In this document: positions 7,721 through 16,318 of the stretch, in pieces
How the letters are laid out: every line of letters begins with the position of its first letter
Numbering within the stretch: position 1 is the first letter of the stretch
Assembly: GCF_014396165.1 (NCBI RefSeq)
Contig: NZ_CP060715.1
Span: 810,001-842,000 of the forward strand
Direction of reading: 5' to 3'
Origin: Erysipelothrix inopinata
GTDB lineage: Bacteria; Bacillota_I; Bacilli_A; Erysipelotrichales; Erysipelotrichaceae
DNA: 32,000 nucleotides
Program-made: the position numbers and the translations under genes
The notes under the pieces: generated by a model
What the model was told of the DNA's origin: nothing
Database searches by the model: none
The model's input: the letters and a program-made list of their open reading frames with translations, nothing else

Positions 7721-10700
7721 ATGATGAAAATTAATAGAGAAAATAAAAATATTTTTTCGACTAGTATGAAAGTAATTTTGTCATCTGTTTTAATGTTTTC
7801 TGGTTTTATAATTCCAAACTCAGAGGCACATGCGGATGAAAAAAAGGGGAATGATGTATCAAGTAGAGCGGTTGGACGTGAAATTCCTTGGCCGGATACA
7901 GGAGTAAACTTAATATTAGACGATAACGGAACACTTCATGTTCCGGGAGGGACATATGATTTTGCACCTCGATCATTTGCAGGAGTATTAAAATCCAAAG
8001 AAGTTAATATTCCAACAACAGATGTTAAAAAAATCGTTTTTGAAGGTCCTTTAAAATTTAGAGGAAGCGCTGACTCTTGGTTTGCCGACTTGGCAAGTAT
8101 GGAAACAATTGAAAATCTAACTTATTTAGATACGAGTGAAGTAACAAGTATGCATCACATGTTCTTCTATGCTAAATCACTAAAAAGTTTAGATTTATCT
8201 AACTTTAATACTTCAAATGTAACAGATATGCATGCGATGTTTTCACAAATGGATACCATTGAATACTTAGATTTATCAAGTTTTGATACTTCTAATGTAA
8301 CCAATATGTACACAATGTTTGATTTTAGTGGGAACATTAAAACTATCAATTTATCAAGCTTTAATACCTCTAATGTTACTAATATGGAAGGTATGTTTAT
8401 AGGGATGAGCAGCCTCGAAAATCTTGATTTATCAACATTTGATACAAGCAACGTTAAAAAAACATCAGACATGGTGGCTTTGGATCGTGCCCTGTCTGTA
8501 CTTACACTAGGAGAAAAATTCGTTTGGCACAAGAATGAAAATCTTCCCGATATTCAAAAAGTAAACGGTTATACTGGATACTGGCAAAATGTTGGAACCG
8601 GAACGATTGAAAATCCAAATGGAACCAACGTTTGGACGTCAAAACAGTTTATGAGCAATTACAATCCATTAACTGATAAAGATACTTACGTTTGGCAAAG
8701 AATGAAGTCTGAGGAAACCATCACAGTTAAGTATGTCGATGAGGCAAACGAACCACTTGCTCCTAACAAATCATATGAAGGAGCAGTCGGGTCTAATTAT
8801 GACGTATCAACTCCAGAATATAAAATATCTATTCCGGGATATACTTACAAAGAATACAAAGGTGAACCAACTGGAGTTATTGGGGATAATGGCGGTGTTG
8901 TAACATATGTCTATACGAAAAATCCAATCGCAGCACAAGATCTTACTGTTCTTTACCAAGATACAGAAGGAAATGAAATTGCATCAACCAAGACACTGTC
9001 TGGATTTATCGGAGATACCTATGATGTATCCACAGCAGAATACAAACTTGATATTGCAGGATATACTTTCAAAGAAGTAACCGGAGCTGTTCAAGGAACA
9101 CTTACAGATCAAGCACAAACAGTCGTTTATGTTTACACAAAAAACCCCGTAAAATCAGCAGGTTTATTTGTTAATTACCGTGATACAATGGGAAATGAAA
9201 TTTTATCAAGCAAATCAGTTCAGGGAAATGTAGGTGATGCTTACGATGTCCTAACTTCCGAATATAAACTTGATATTGCTGGATATACATTTAATAAAGT
9301 AGAAGGAATTACTAGCGGCAGTCTTGGTGAAGACGTATTAATCGTAACCTTCATTTACACAAAAAATCCAATCGTAGCACAAGACCTTACTGTTCTTTAC
9401 CAAGATACAGAAGGAAATGAAATTGCATCAAGCAAGACACAATCTGGATTTATCGGTGATACCTATGATGTATCGACAGTAGAATACAAACTTGATATTG
9501 CAGGATATACTTTCAAAGAAGTAATTGGAGCAGTACAAGGAACACTTACTGATCAAGCACAAACAGTCGTTTATGTTTACACGAAAAATCCAATCGTAGC
9601 ACAAGACCTTACTGTTCTTTACCAAGATACAGAAGGAAATGAAATTGCATCAAGCAAGACACAATCTGGATTTATCGGTGATACCTATGATGTATCGACA
9701 GCAGAATACAAACTTGATATTGCAGGTTACACTTTCAAAGAAGTAACCGGAACTGTTCAAGGAACACTTACAGATCAAGCACAAACAGTCGTTTATGTTT
9801 ATACGAAAAATCCAATCGTAGCACAAGACCTTACTGTTCTTTACCAAGATACAGAAGGAAATGAAATTGCATCAAGCAAGACACAATCTGGATTTATCGG
9901 TGATACCTATGATGTATCGACAGTAGAATACAAACTTGATATTGCAGGATATACTTTCAAAGAAGTAATTGGAGCAGTACAAGGAACACTTACAGACCAA
10001 ACACAAACAGTCGTTTATGTTTATACGAAAAATCCAATCGCAGCACAAGACCTTACTGTTCTTTACCAAGATACAGAAGGAAATGAAATTGCATCAAGCA
10101 AGACACAATCTGGATTTATCGGTGATACCTATGATGTATCCACAGCAGAATACAAACTTGATATTGCAGGTTACACCTTCAAAGAAGTAACCGGAGCTGT
10201 TCAAGGAACACTTACAGATCAAGCACAAACAGTCGTTTATGTTTACACGAAAAATCCAATCGTAGCACAAGACCTTACTGTTCTTTACCAAGATACAGAA
10301 GGAAATGAAATTGCATCAAGCAAGACACAATCTGGATTTATCGGTGATACCTATGATGTATCGACAGCAGAATACAAACTTGATATTGCAGGTTACACCT
10401 TCAAAGAAGTAACCGGAGCTGTTCAAGGAACACTTACAGATCAAGCACAAACAGTCGTTTATGTTTACACAAAAAATCCAATCGTAGCACAAGACCTTAC
10501 TGTTCTTTACCAAGATACAGAAGGAAATGAAATTGCATCAAGCAAGACTGTGTCTGGATTTATCGGAGATACTTATGATGTATCCACATCTGAATACAAA
10601 CTTGATATTGCAGGTTACACTTTCAAAGAAGTAACCGGAACTGTTCAAGGAACACTTACAGACCAAGCACAAACAGTTATTTATGTATATTTGATAAATC

Positions 10701-10912
10701 CTGTAGACCCAGTAGATCCAGTAGATCCAGTAGACCCAGTTGATCCCGTAGATCCAGTAGAGCCAGAGGAACCTACTGAACCTAGTGAATCTAAAGAACC
10801 TTCATTACCTGCAACAGGTATTGATAATTCAGTCTTAACAATGAGCGGACTGCTTATTTCTTTAGGATCAGCAATTTTTATGAAGTCGAAAGGTAAAAAA
10901 GAAGAAGAATAA
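7721..10912 (+). CDS. Large LPXTG-anchored adhesin: signal peptide, DUF285/BspA-type leucine-rich repeats, nine MucBP domains, (PVD)n linker, sorting signal
   Basis: The N-terminus is hydrophobic and ends ...PNSEAHA. Repeats of the type LDLSNFNTSNVTDMHAMF / LDLSSFDTSNVTNMYTMF span about 8030-8500. MucBP-type units have the form VxYxDxxGNEI...G..YDVST.EYKLDIAGYTF...VVYVYTK. The tail is NPVDPVDPVDPVDPVDPVDPVEPEEP, LPATG, a hydrophobic helix and KSKGKKEEE. Confidence 0.9.
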   Translation: MMKINRENKNIFSTSMKVILSSVLMFSGFIIPNSEAHADEKKGNDVSSRAVGREIPWPDTGVNLILDDNGTLHVPGGTYDFAPRSFAGVLKSKEVNIPTTDVKKIVFEGPLKFRGSADSWFADLASMETIENLTYLDTSEVTSMHHMFFYAKSLKSLDLSNFNTSNVTDMHAMFSQMDTIEYLDLSSFDTSNVTNMYTMFDFSGNIKTINLSSFNTSNVTNMEGMFIGMSSLENLDLSTFDTSNVKKTSDMVALDRALSVLTLGEKFVWHKNENLPDIQKVNGYTGYWQNVGTGTIENPNGTNVWTSKQFMSNYNPLTDKDTYVWQRMKSEETITVKYVDEANEPLAPNKSYEGAVGSNYDVSTPEYKISIPGYTYKEYKGEPTGVIGDNGGVVTYVYTKNPIAAQDLTVLYQDTEGNEIASTKTLSGFIGDTYDVSTAEYKLDIAGYTFKEVTGAVQGTLTDQAQTVVYVYTKNPVKSAGLFVNYRDTMGNEILSSKSVQGNVGDAYDVLTSEYKLDIAGYTFNKVEGITSGSLGEDVLIVTFIYTKNPIVAQDLTVLYQDTEGNEIASSKTQSGFIGDTYDVSTVEYKLDIAGYTFKEVIGAVQGTLTDQAQTVVYVYTKNPIVAQDLTVLYQDTEGNEIASSKTQSGFIGDTYDVSTAEYKLDIAGYTFKEVTGTVQGTLTDQAQTVVYVYTKNPIVAQDLTVLYQDTEGNEIASSKTQSGFIGDTYDVSTVEYKLDIAGYTFKEVIGAVQGTLTDQTQTVVYVYTKNPIAAQDLTVLYQDTEGNEIASSKTQSGFIGDTYDVSTAEYKLDIAGYTFKEVTGAVQGTLTDQAQTVVYVYTKNPIVAQDLTVLYQDTEGNEIASSKTQSGFIGDTYDVSTAEYKLDIAGYTFKEVTGAVQGTLTDQAQTVVYVYTKNPIVAQDLTVLYQDTEGNEIASSKTVSGFIGDTYDVSTSEYKLDIAGYTFKEVTGTVQGTLTDQAQTVIYVYLINPVDPVDPVDPVDPVDPVDPVEPEEPTEPSESKEPSLPATGIDNSVLTMSGLLISLGSAIFMKSKGKKEEE
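8921..10696 (+). repeat. Eight in-frame 222-bp tandem repeats (74 codons each, one MucBP domain per unit)
   Basis: Units start at 8921, 9143, 9365, 9587, 9809, 10031, 10253 and 10475. Unit 2 is divergent and the others are near-identical at nucleotide level. Antisense track ORFs recur every 222 bp. Confidence 0.95.
10700..10762 (+). repeat. Seven 9-bp repeats encoding (P-V-D/E)7
   Basis: cct gta gac / cca gta gat / cca gta gat / cca gta gac / cca gtt gat / ccc gta gat / cca gta gag. Confidence 0.9.
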
Positions 10913-10951
10913 AAATTAAAAGTATAGCGTAAAATTTGGTTGATATGTATA

Positions 10952-10999
10952 AAACACCTAACTCGATTAATTACTAAAAGTGGTTAGGTGTTTTCTTTT
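10952..10999 (+). terminator. Rho-independent terminator of the adhesin gene
   Basis: Stem AAACACCTAAC (10952-10962) / GTTAGGTGTTT (10983-10993) with a long loop, followed by TCTTTTG. Confidence 0.65.
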
Positions 11000-11121
11000 G
11001 AATTAATGCTGACAAATTATTCATAATTATCTCACACACTTATCGTTTAAGTATCACAATTAAAAATATGTTAGTTGTTACACTAGTGATGGACAGTATA
11101 GAAAGAGGGCATATAAAGAAT

Positions 11122-13200
11122 ATGAGGAAATTATTGGATATAAGTTTATCAATTATTCTAAGTGTATCATTGCTTGTTACTGGGTTTTTAACGCAATCAG
11201 TTAGAGCAGATGAAACAAGTTGGAAGTTTGATAATCTCAAGGTGGAAACATCCACTCAAACATTGAAAGATGAGACCTATGTTGATGTCGTAATTTCAGG
11301 GTATACCGGAACACAAAAACTGGAGAACTATTTTCATAATGGGCACGCATTTCAATTTCCAGGAGAAGCGAAGGAGTCCTCTCTAGAACTACAATCGATT
11401 ACATTACCTTATGTGAAATACATTAATAAAGACACTGGAAAAGAATACGGTGCATACTGGTTACTTCGTGGTGCAACATTTAGAAACAGTCATATCGAAC
11501 GTGCCATTGATGCGACAACAGAAAATCAATCATATACATATACTCGAGAAACTTTTGCCCAAGAATATGGTGTAAATTTTGATTTTACTCAGGAAAGAGA
11601 GTTTACCTTTTATGTCGCTCCTCAAGAAAATGGAAATGAACAATTCTTCGATAATGAACCAACACTTGAGGTAGAACAAGTTGGAGATTTTGTTCTTAGA
11701 TATAAAGTTAATACACATGACAATGGTTCAAATGATAGCTATCGTCCTGATTTTAAATTAAATTTTAATTCATCACTCGATGATGTTTATAAAACATTTA
11801 ACTTAAATTCAATGAGATTCGCTGACTATACATTAGAACATACCATTTTAACCCAACCAAGCGCAGAAAATAATCATAAAGCGCTCGTGAAGTTTACACT
11901 CACAAATGAAAATCAACGATCAATCAATGATGTGAATCTTATACTTGGAGACAATCAAATTATCAATCTCATTGATTCGACTTCAACAGTTAATAGTTCA
12001 AGTTTGATGGCTGGTGAGAGTAGAGACTTTGAAATTGAAGTTGATGCAGAAAATATAAGTTCGTTATCTGTGGCATTGATGTCATTAAATGATGTTCAAC
12101 ATAAAACAGATTTTGATCCTCTAATTTTCTCAACAACCCCTCAATCCTTCACCGTGAATTTTGATTCAAACGGTGGTACTATAATGAACAGTATTCAAGT
12201 AACTAAGGGAGATAAAATTACGACCCCTTCAGTACCTACAAAACTAGGGTATACATTTAAGGGTTGGTATGCAGATATCGATTTATCAAATATTTGGAAT
12301 TTTGATGTTAATACAGTAATCAGTGACTTAACACTTTATGCAAAATGGGAAAAGGATGCAGTCGTTTCAACTTATGATGTTACCTTTGATACTCAAGGTG
12401 GAACACATATTGAGCTTGCGAAGGTTGAAGCAGGTCAACGCCTCGATAAACCACAAAACCCAAGCAAAACAGGGTTTGAATTTGATGGATGGTTTACTGA
12501 CGAACTTATGACAATTCAATATGAATTCGAAAGACCTGTAACTTCTAATTTTACCCTCTATGCAAAATGGAAAAAAGTAATCCTGACAGAAAAATATGAT
12601 ATTCATTTTGAAAGCAATGGCGGATCACCTGTGGCAAGTCAATTACAATTGGCTACTGGATCAAAAATTATGAAACCCCAAAATCCAAGTAAAGAAGGTT
12701 ACACTTTTGAAGGATGGTATACAGATAATTCATTAAGTAAACTTTGGAACTTTGACACAGATTTAGTATCAGAAAATGTGACATTATATGCAAAGTGGAA
12801 AAAACTAAATACTGAAGTCGAAAAATTTAATGTTGCTTTTGAATCAAATGGTGGCAATACAATAGATACCCAAGTAGGAATTCAAAAGGGAGCTCGAGTC
12901 ATAAAACCAATGAATCCAAAACGTGAAGGTTACACTTTCGAAGGTTGGTATTCAGATAGTAGCTTCAAGCAATCATGGAATTTTGATACGGAAACAGTAG
13001 AGAGTGATATGACACTTTATGCTAAGTGGATTCAAATTCAACCGGAAATTGAAATACCTAGTCCAGAAAAACCTAATCCAGTAGAACCAGAGACAGTACT
13101 ACCAAAGACAGGTATGGCTAACTATGGAGTCCTTTCAGGGACCTTAATCATAAGTGGGTTTGTGCTTATCCTAGGTAGATTTAATAAAAAAGAAAACTAA
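11122..13200 (+). CDS. LPXTG surface protein: uncharacterised ~340-aa N-terminal domain plus four Flg_new (Listeria-Bacteroides) repeats
   Basis: Signal peptide MRKLLDISLSIILSVSLLVTGFLTQSVRA from the ATG at 11122 (GAGGG lies 12 nt upstream, so the start is only moderately certain). Four units have the form F/Y-x-V-x-F-x-S/T-x-GG...G-Y/F-x-F-x-GW-Y/F...LYAKW. The tail is PEKPNPVEPETV, LPKTG, a helix and RFNKKEN. Confidence 0.85.
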   Translation: MRKLLDISLSIILSVSLLVTGFLTQSVRADETSWKFDNLKVETSTQTLKDETYVDVVISGYTGTQKLENYFHNGHAFQFPGEAKESSLELQSITLPYVKYINKDTGKEYGAYWLLRGATFRNSHIERAIDATTENQSYTYTRETFAQEYGVNFDFTQEREFTFYVAPQENGNEQFFDNEPTLEVEQVGDFVLRYKVNTHDNGSNDSYRPDFKLNFNSSLDDVYKTFNLNSMRFADYTLEHTILTQPSAENNHKALVKFTLTNENQRSINDVNLILGDNQIINLIDSTSTVNSSSLMAGESRDFEIEVDAENISSLSVALMSLNDVQHKTDFDPLIFSTTPQSFTVNFDSNGGTIMNSIQVTKGDKITTPSVPTKLGYTFKGWYADIDLSNIWNFDVNTVISDLTLYAKWEKDAVVSTYDVTFDTQGGTHIELAKVEAGQRLDKPQNPSKTGFEFDGWFTDELMTIQYEFERPVTSNFTLYAKWKKVILTEKYDIHFESNGGSPVASQLQLATGSKIMKPQNPSKEGYTFEGWYTDNSLSKLWNFDTDLVSENVTLYAKWKKLNTEVEKFNVAFESNGGNTIDTQVGIQKGARVIKPMNPKREGYTFEGWYSDSSFKQSWNFDTETVESDMTLYAKWIQIQPEIEIPSPEKPNPVEPETVLPKTGMANYGVLSGTLIISGFVLILGRFNKKEN
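12148..13035 (+). repeat. Four tandem Flg_new-type coding repeats (about 70-76 codons each)
   Basis: FTVNFDSNGG...LYAKWEK; YDVTFDTQGG...LYAKWKK; YDIHFESNGG...LYAKWKK; FNVAFESNGG...LYAKWIQ. Confidence 0.85.
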
Positions 13201-13207
13201 AAATATG

Positions 13208-13236
13208 AAGAGGCCTAAATAAATGGCCTCTTTTTT
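13208..13236 (+). terminator. Rho-independent terminator
   Basis: AAGAGGCC (13208-13215) / GGCCTCTT with loop TAAATAAAT, followed by a T6 run (13231-13236). Confidence 0.8.
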
Positions 13237-13250
13237 GAGTGAGTAACAAA

Positions 13251-13259
13251 TGATATAAT
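13251..13259 (+). promoter_or_regulatory. Extended -10 promoter TGaTATAAT for the pseudouridine synthase operon
   Basis: TG at 13251-13252 and TATAAT at 13254-13259, 25 nt upstream of the ATG at 13284. RBS GAGAGG at 13272-13277. Confidence 0.55.
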
Positions 13260-13283
13260 GTCCCTAAAAGTGAGAGGTATGTT

Positions 13284-13970
13284 ATGCGATTGGATAAATT
13301 TTTATCACACACAGGATTTGGATCTAGAAAAGCAGTAAGATTGTTAATAAAGAAATCGTTAGTGAAAGTAAATGGCGAAAAGGTTAAAGATATTGGACAT
13401 ATTCTTAATTTGAAGAGTGACATTGTCACAGTAGGTGAAGAAGTGGTTCAATATGAAGAAGATGTTTACATCATGATTAATAAACCTAGAGATTATATTT
13501 GCGCTCATGATGCGGTTGAATATCCGTCGGTTCTTGATCTCCTTGAGGAATCACGAAGTGATTTGTTTTTTGTGGGTAGATTGGACGCTGATACTGAAGG
13601 GCTCCTGATTATCACAAATGATGGTCAATTTTCGCACCGAATTGCTCATGGGAAAAAAGATATCAAGAAACAATACTATGTTGAACTCGATCATGATTTT
13701 GATAAAAAGTTTATTGGTGAGTTGGAAAAAGGAATTCCTATGGATGACACAATGTTAAAACCAGCGAAAGTTGAGATGGTAACCTCGAAGGCGCTTTTAT
13801 TAACGATTTCTGAAGGGAAATACCACCAAGTTAAGCGAATGATGCACCATTGTAATAATGAAGTTGTTTATTTAAAAAGAGTAAAAATAGGACCTTTGAA
13901 TCTCGATGAAAGTTTAGAATTAGGAGCGTATCGATCACTGACTGAAGAAGAAATTTCATATTTTAACTAA
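13284..13970 (+). CDS. Pseudouridine synthase, RsuA/RluB/RluE/RluF family (RsuA-like size, S4 domain plus catalytic domain)
   Basis: N-terminal S4 motif MRLDKFLSHTGFGSRKAVRLLIKK. The catalytic motif GRLDADTEGLLIITNDG carries the conserved Asp. GKYHQVKRM is also present. 228 aa. Confidence 0.9.
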   Translation: MRLDKFLSHTGFGSRKAVRLLIKKSLVKVNGEKVKDIGHILNLKSDIVTVGEEVVQYEEDVYIMINKPRDYICAHDAVEYPSVLDLLEESRSDLFFVGRLDADTEGLLIITNDGQFSHRIAHGKKDIKKQYYVELDHDFDKKFIGELEKGIPMDDTMLKPAKVEMVTSKALLLTISEGKYHQVKRMMHHCNNEVVYLKRVKIGPLNLDESLELGAYRSLTEEEISYFN

Positions 13971-13985
13971 TAAGGAGAAGTGTTC

Positions 13986-14741
13986 ATGTCAAATATTGAA
14001 ACAGTAATTAAAAAGTTACTTAGTGATAATATTTTTTATTATGTTTCAGACCTGACCATAGAAGAAAATGTAAATGATGGATCATTCTCAAACCGAGAAA
14101 TTAATAAAATAAAGAGACACGGTTTTAAGATATATATTCAGTGTTTAATTCCAGAAACTATAAATAACAAACATATAGAATACATTCAGGTTCAAAGTGA
14201 TAATATGATTAAAGCAAGTGAGATGCGAGAAACTGAAGGTCTAAGATTACGTATTTGTGTTGATATTATACTGAATAAAGAACTTGAAGTTATCTATCAA
14301 CAGCTTTCACCGAATCACCCAGTCATGTTTAAAGATGAACGACTCGCAAGAATGCAAATGTTAAAAACAACGAGTAATATTAAAGAGTTGGAGAAAGAAT
14401 GGGCTCGTTATAAATATTTAGTCATGGAGTACAGTCAAGAGGGATATAATGAACTAAGATCTCTTTTTGCTCACCCAGAAGAACTCACAGTTGATTTCTT
14501 TTATAAAGTTATCTTTCGAGTTTTTCGGGGTACTCCTTCGAAGGGGAGTCGCATGAATGCCCTTCAACATGTTTGGGGATATTTCAAAAATATCGCAACA
14601 TCAAAGGAACAAGATTATTTTATAAAAAAAATGGCAAATTATGATGAAGACAAAGCAATAATTATTAAAGATTTCTTATACGATTTATCTCGAAAATACG
14701 ATGTCCAATTTTTAAAAAATAGCTACTATTTTTATAATTAG
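13986..14741 (+). CDS. Hypothetical protein with a C-terminal DUF1722 (YbgA-like) domain and an unrecognised N-terminal ~135 aa
   Basis: The C-terminal half (YKYLVMEYSQEGYNELRSLF...GSRMNALQHVWGYFKNIATSKEQDYFIKKM...) matches the YbgA/DUF1722 pattern (..NvLqHm.GYfKk.ls..EK.e..) as I recall it. The ATG at 13986 lies 8 nt after GGAG. The track GTG at 13980 is too close to the SD. Confidence 0.65.
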   Translation: MSNIETVIKKLLSDNIFYYVSDLTIEENVNDGSFSNREINKIKRHGFKIYIQCLIPETINNKHIEYIQVQSDNMIKASEMRETEGLRLRICVDIILNKELEVIYQQLSPNHPVMFKDERLARMQMLKTTSNIKELEKEWARYKYLVMEYSQEGYNELRSLFAHPEELTVDFFYKVIFRVFRGTPSKGSRMNALQHVWGYFKNIATSKEQDYFIKKMANYDEDKAIIIKDFLYDLSRKYDVQFLKNSYYFYN

Positions 14742-14928
14742 GAAACTGAAAATGCTGCCGTATAATCTTTGAGATAATTTAAACAAAGAAATACACGAAA
14801 ACCTAGTGAATTAGTCGGTATTTTTTAACAATCACCTTTAAAATTTATGTGAAAAAAGTCGGTCATTTTCCTTAGTGTTGGATGTATAAACAAGGTATAC
14901 TGTACTCGAACGTCAAGGAGGATTTTAT

Positions 14929-16278
14929 ATGAAAGTCGTTGTTATTGGATGTACACATGCAGGAACATCTGCAGTGAAGTCAATTCTTAAAGAAAGCCCT
15001 GAGGCAGAAGTAACAGTTTTCGAACGTAATGATAATGTATCATTCTTATCATGTGGTATTGCATTATATATCGGTGGAGTTGTGAAAGATGCTCAAAGCC
15101 TCTTCTACTCAAACCCACAAGAACTTGCTGAACTTGGAGCAAAAGTTCATATGGAACATAATGTTACAGACATTGATATGGATGGAAAAACTGTAAAAGT
15201 TACAAATATGCTTACAGATGAAACATTTGAAGAATCATATGACAAACTAGTTCTTACAACTGGTTCATGGCCAATTGTTCCACCAATTCCTGGAATTGAG
15301 TCACAAAATATCTTGTTATGTAAAAACTATAATCAAGCACAAGAAATTATTGCACGTAAAGAAAATGCTGAAAAAGTCGTCATCGTTGGTGGTGGATATA
15401 TTGGTATCGAACTTGTAGAAGCATTTGGTGAAGCAGGAAAAGATGTTACTTTGATTGATGGATTAGATCGTATTCTTAATAAATATCTAGACCCAGAATT
15501 CACAGATTTACTTGAAGAAGACCTACAAAACCGCGGAATTAAATTACAACTAAACCAAACTGTTCAAAAATTTAATGCAGATGATCAAGGTAAGGTCACT
15601 TCTGTTGAAACATCAGAAGGAACTTATGAAGCAGATCTTGTAATTATGTGTGTTGGATTCAGACCAAGTACAGAACTTGTTAAAGACAAATTAGAAATGT
15701 TACCAAACGGTGCATTAGTTGTTAATGAATTTATGCAAACAAGTCGTCCTGAAGTTTATGCTGCAGGTGATAACGTTGCGGTACATTACAATCCAAATAA
15801 TTCAAATGCATACATTCCACTTGCTACAAATGCAGTACGTATGGGTACATTAGTTGGAAAAAACATTGTAGAAAACAAAGTAGCATACCGAGGAACTCAA
15901 GGGACATCAGGACTTTACCTCTTTGGTTATAACATTGGTTCAACAGGTGTTACTGTCAACTCAGCACCTCACTTCGGTCTCGATGTAGATTCCGTTGTGG
16001 TAACTGATAACTATCGTCCTGAGTTCATGCCTACAACTGAAGAAGTTCTTATGAAACTTGTTTATGAAAAAGGTACGAACCGAATTGTTGGTGGCCAAGT
16101 GGTATCAAAATATGACATTACTCAAACTGCAAATACATTGTCTCTAGCAGTTCAAAATCAAATGACAGTTGAAGATCTTGCATTTGTTGATTTCTTCTTC
16201 CAACCTCATTTTGACCGCCCATGGAACTACCTAAATATTCTTGCACAAGCTGCATTAGATAAGATTAACAAAAAATAA
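14929..16278 (+). CDS. nox: NADH oxidase (FAD pyridine-nucleotide-disulfide oxidoreductase, Nox/Npx family with a redox-active Cys)
   Basis: MKVVVIGCTHAGT (FAD fold), NVSFLSCGIALYIGG (active-site Cys), VVIVGGGYIGIELVEA (NAD fold), YAAGD. 449 aa. RBS AAGGAGG. Confidence 0.9.
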   Translation: MKVVVIGCTHAGTSAVKSILKESPEAEVTVFERNDNVSFLSCGIALYIGGVVKDAQSLFYSNPQELAELGAKVHMEHNVTDIDMDGKTVKVTNMLTDETFEESYDKLVLTTGSWPIVPPIPGIESQNILLCKNYNQAQEIIARKENAEKVVIVGGGYIGIELVEAFGEAGKDVTLIDGLDRILNKYLDPEFTDLLEEDLQNRGIKLQLNQTVQKFNADDQGKVTSVETSEGTYEADLVIMCVGFRPSTELVKDKLEMLPNGALVVNEFMQTSRPEVYAAGDNVAVHYNPNNSNAYIPLATNAVRMGTLVGKNIVENKVAYRGTQGTSGLYLFGYNIGSTGVTVNSAPHFGLDVDSVVVTDNYRPEFMPTTEEVLMKLVYEKGTNRIVGGQVVSKYDITQTANTLSLAVQNQMTVEDLAFVDFFFQPHFDRPWNYLNILAQAALDKINKK

Positions 16279-16294
16279 ATGCAACATAAGGATG

Positions 16295-16318
16295 CCTCAC
16301 GATGTGAGGTTTTCTTTT
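16295..16318 (+). terminator. Probable nox terminator
   Basis: Short stem CCTCA(C)/(G)TGAGG at 16295-16309 followed by TTTTCTTTT. The stem is only 5-6 bp. Confidence 0.5.

Noticed and set aside
7839-7849. Homopolymer tracts (A7G4 here; other A7 runs near 8025, 8453, 18027, 20436 and 27531) as phase-variation switches
   Set aside because: A7 runs are expected frequently in DNA this AT-rich. All are currently in frame, and none is long enough (9 or more) to argue for slipped-strand switching without population data.
8167-8532. 121-aa antisense ORF inside the LRR region of the adhesin gene
   Set aside because: It lies fully inside a well-supported plus-strand CDS whose repeat structure keeps the opposite frame open. 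It has no SD and no recognisable fold.
9428-10513. Five 65-aa minus-strand ORFs (9428, 9650, 9872, 10094, 10316) with near-identical products
   Set aside because: They recur exactly every 222 bp, antisense to the MucBP tandem repeat. They are frame shadows of the repeated coding sequence, with no RBS and Cys-rich nonsense composition.
8921-10762. Possible CRISPR-like or satellite array because of the regular repeats
   Set aside because: The repeats are contiguous with no unique spacers, they are in frame, and they encode MucBP domains and a Pro-rich linker. No cas genes are present.
13181-13429. 82-aa minus-strand ORF overlapping the start of the pseudouridine synthase gene
   Set aside because: It overlaps a terminator, a promoter and a well-supported CDS on the other strand. 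It has no SD and a low-complexity product.
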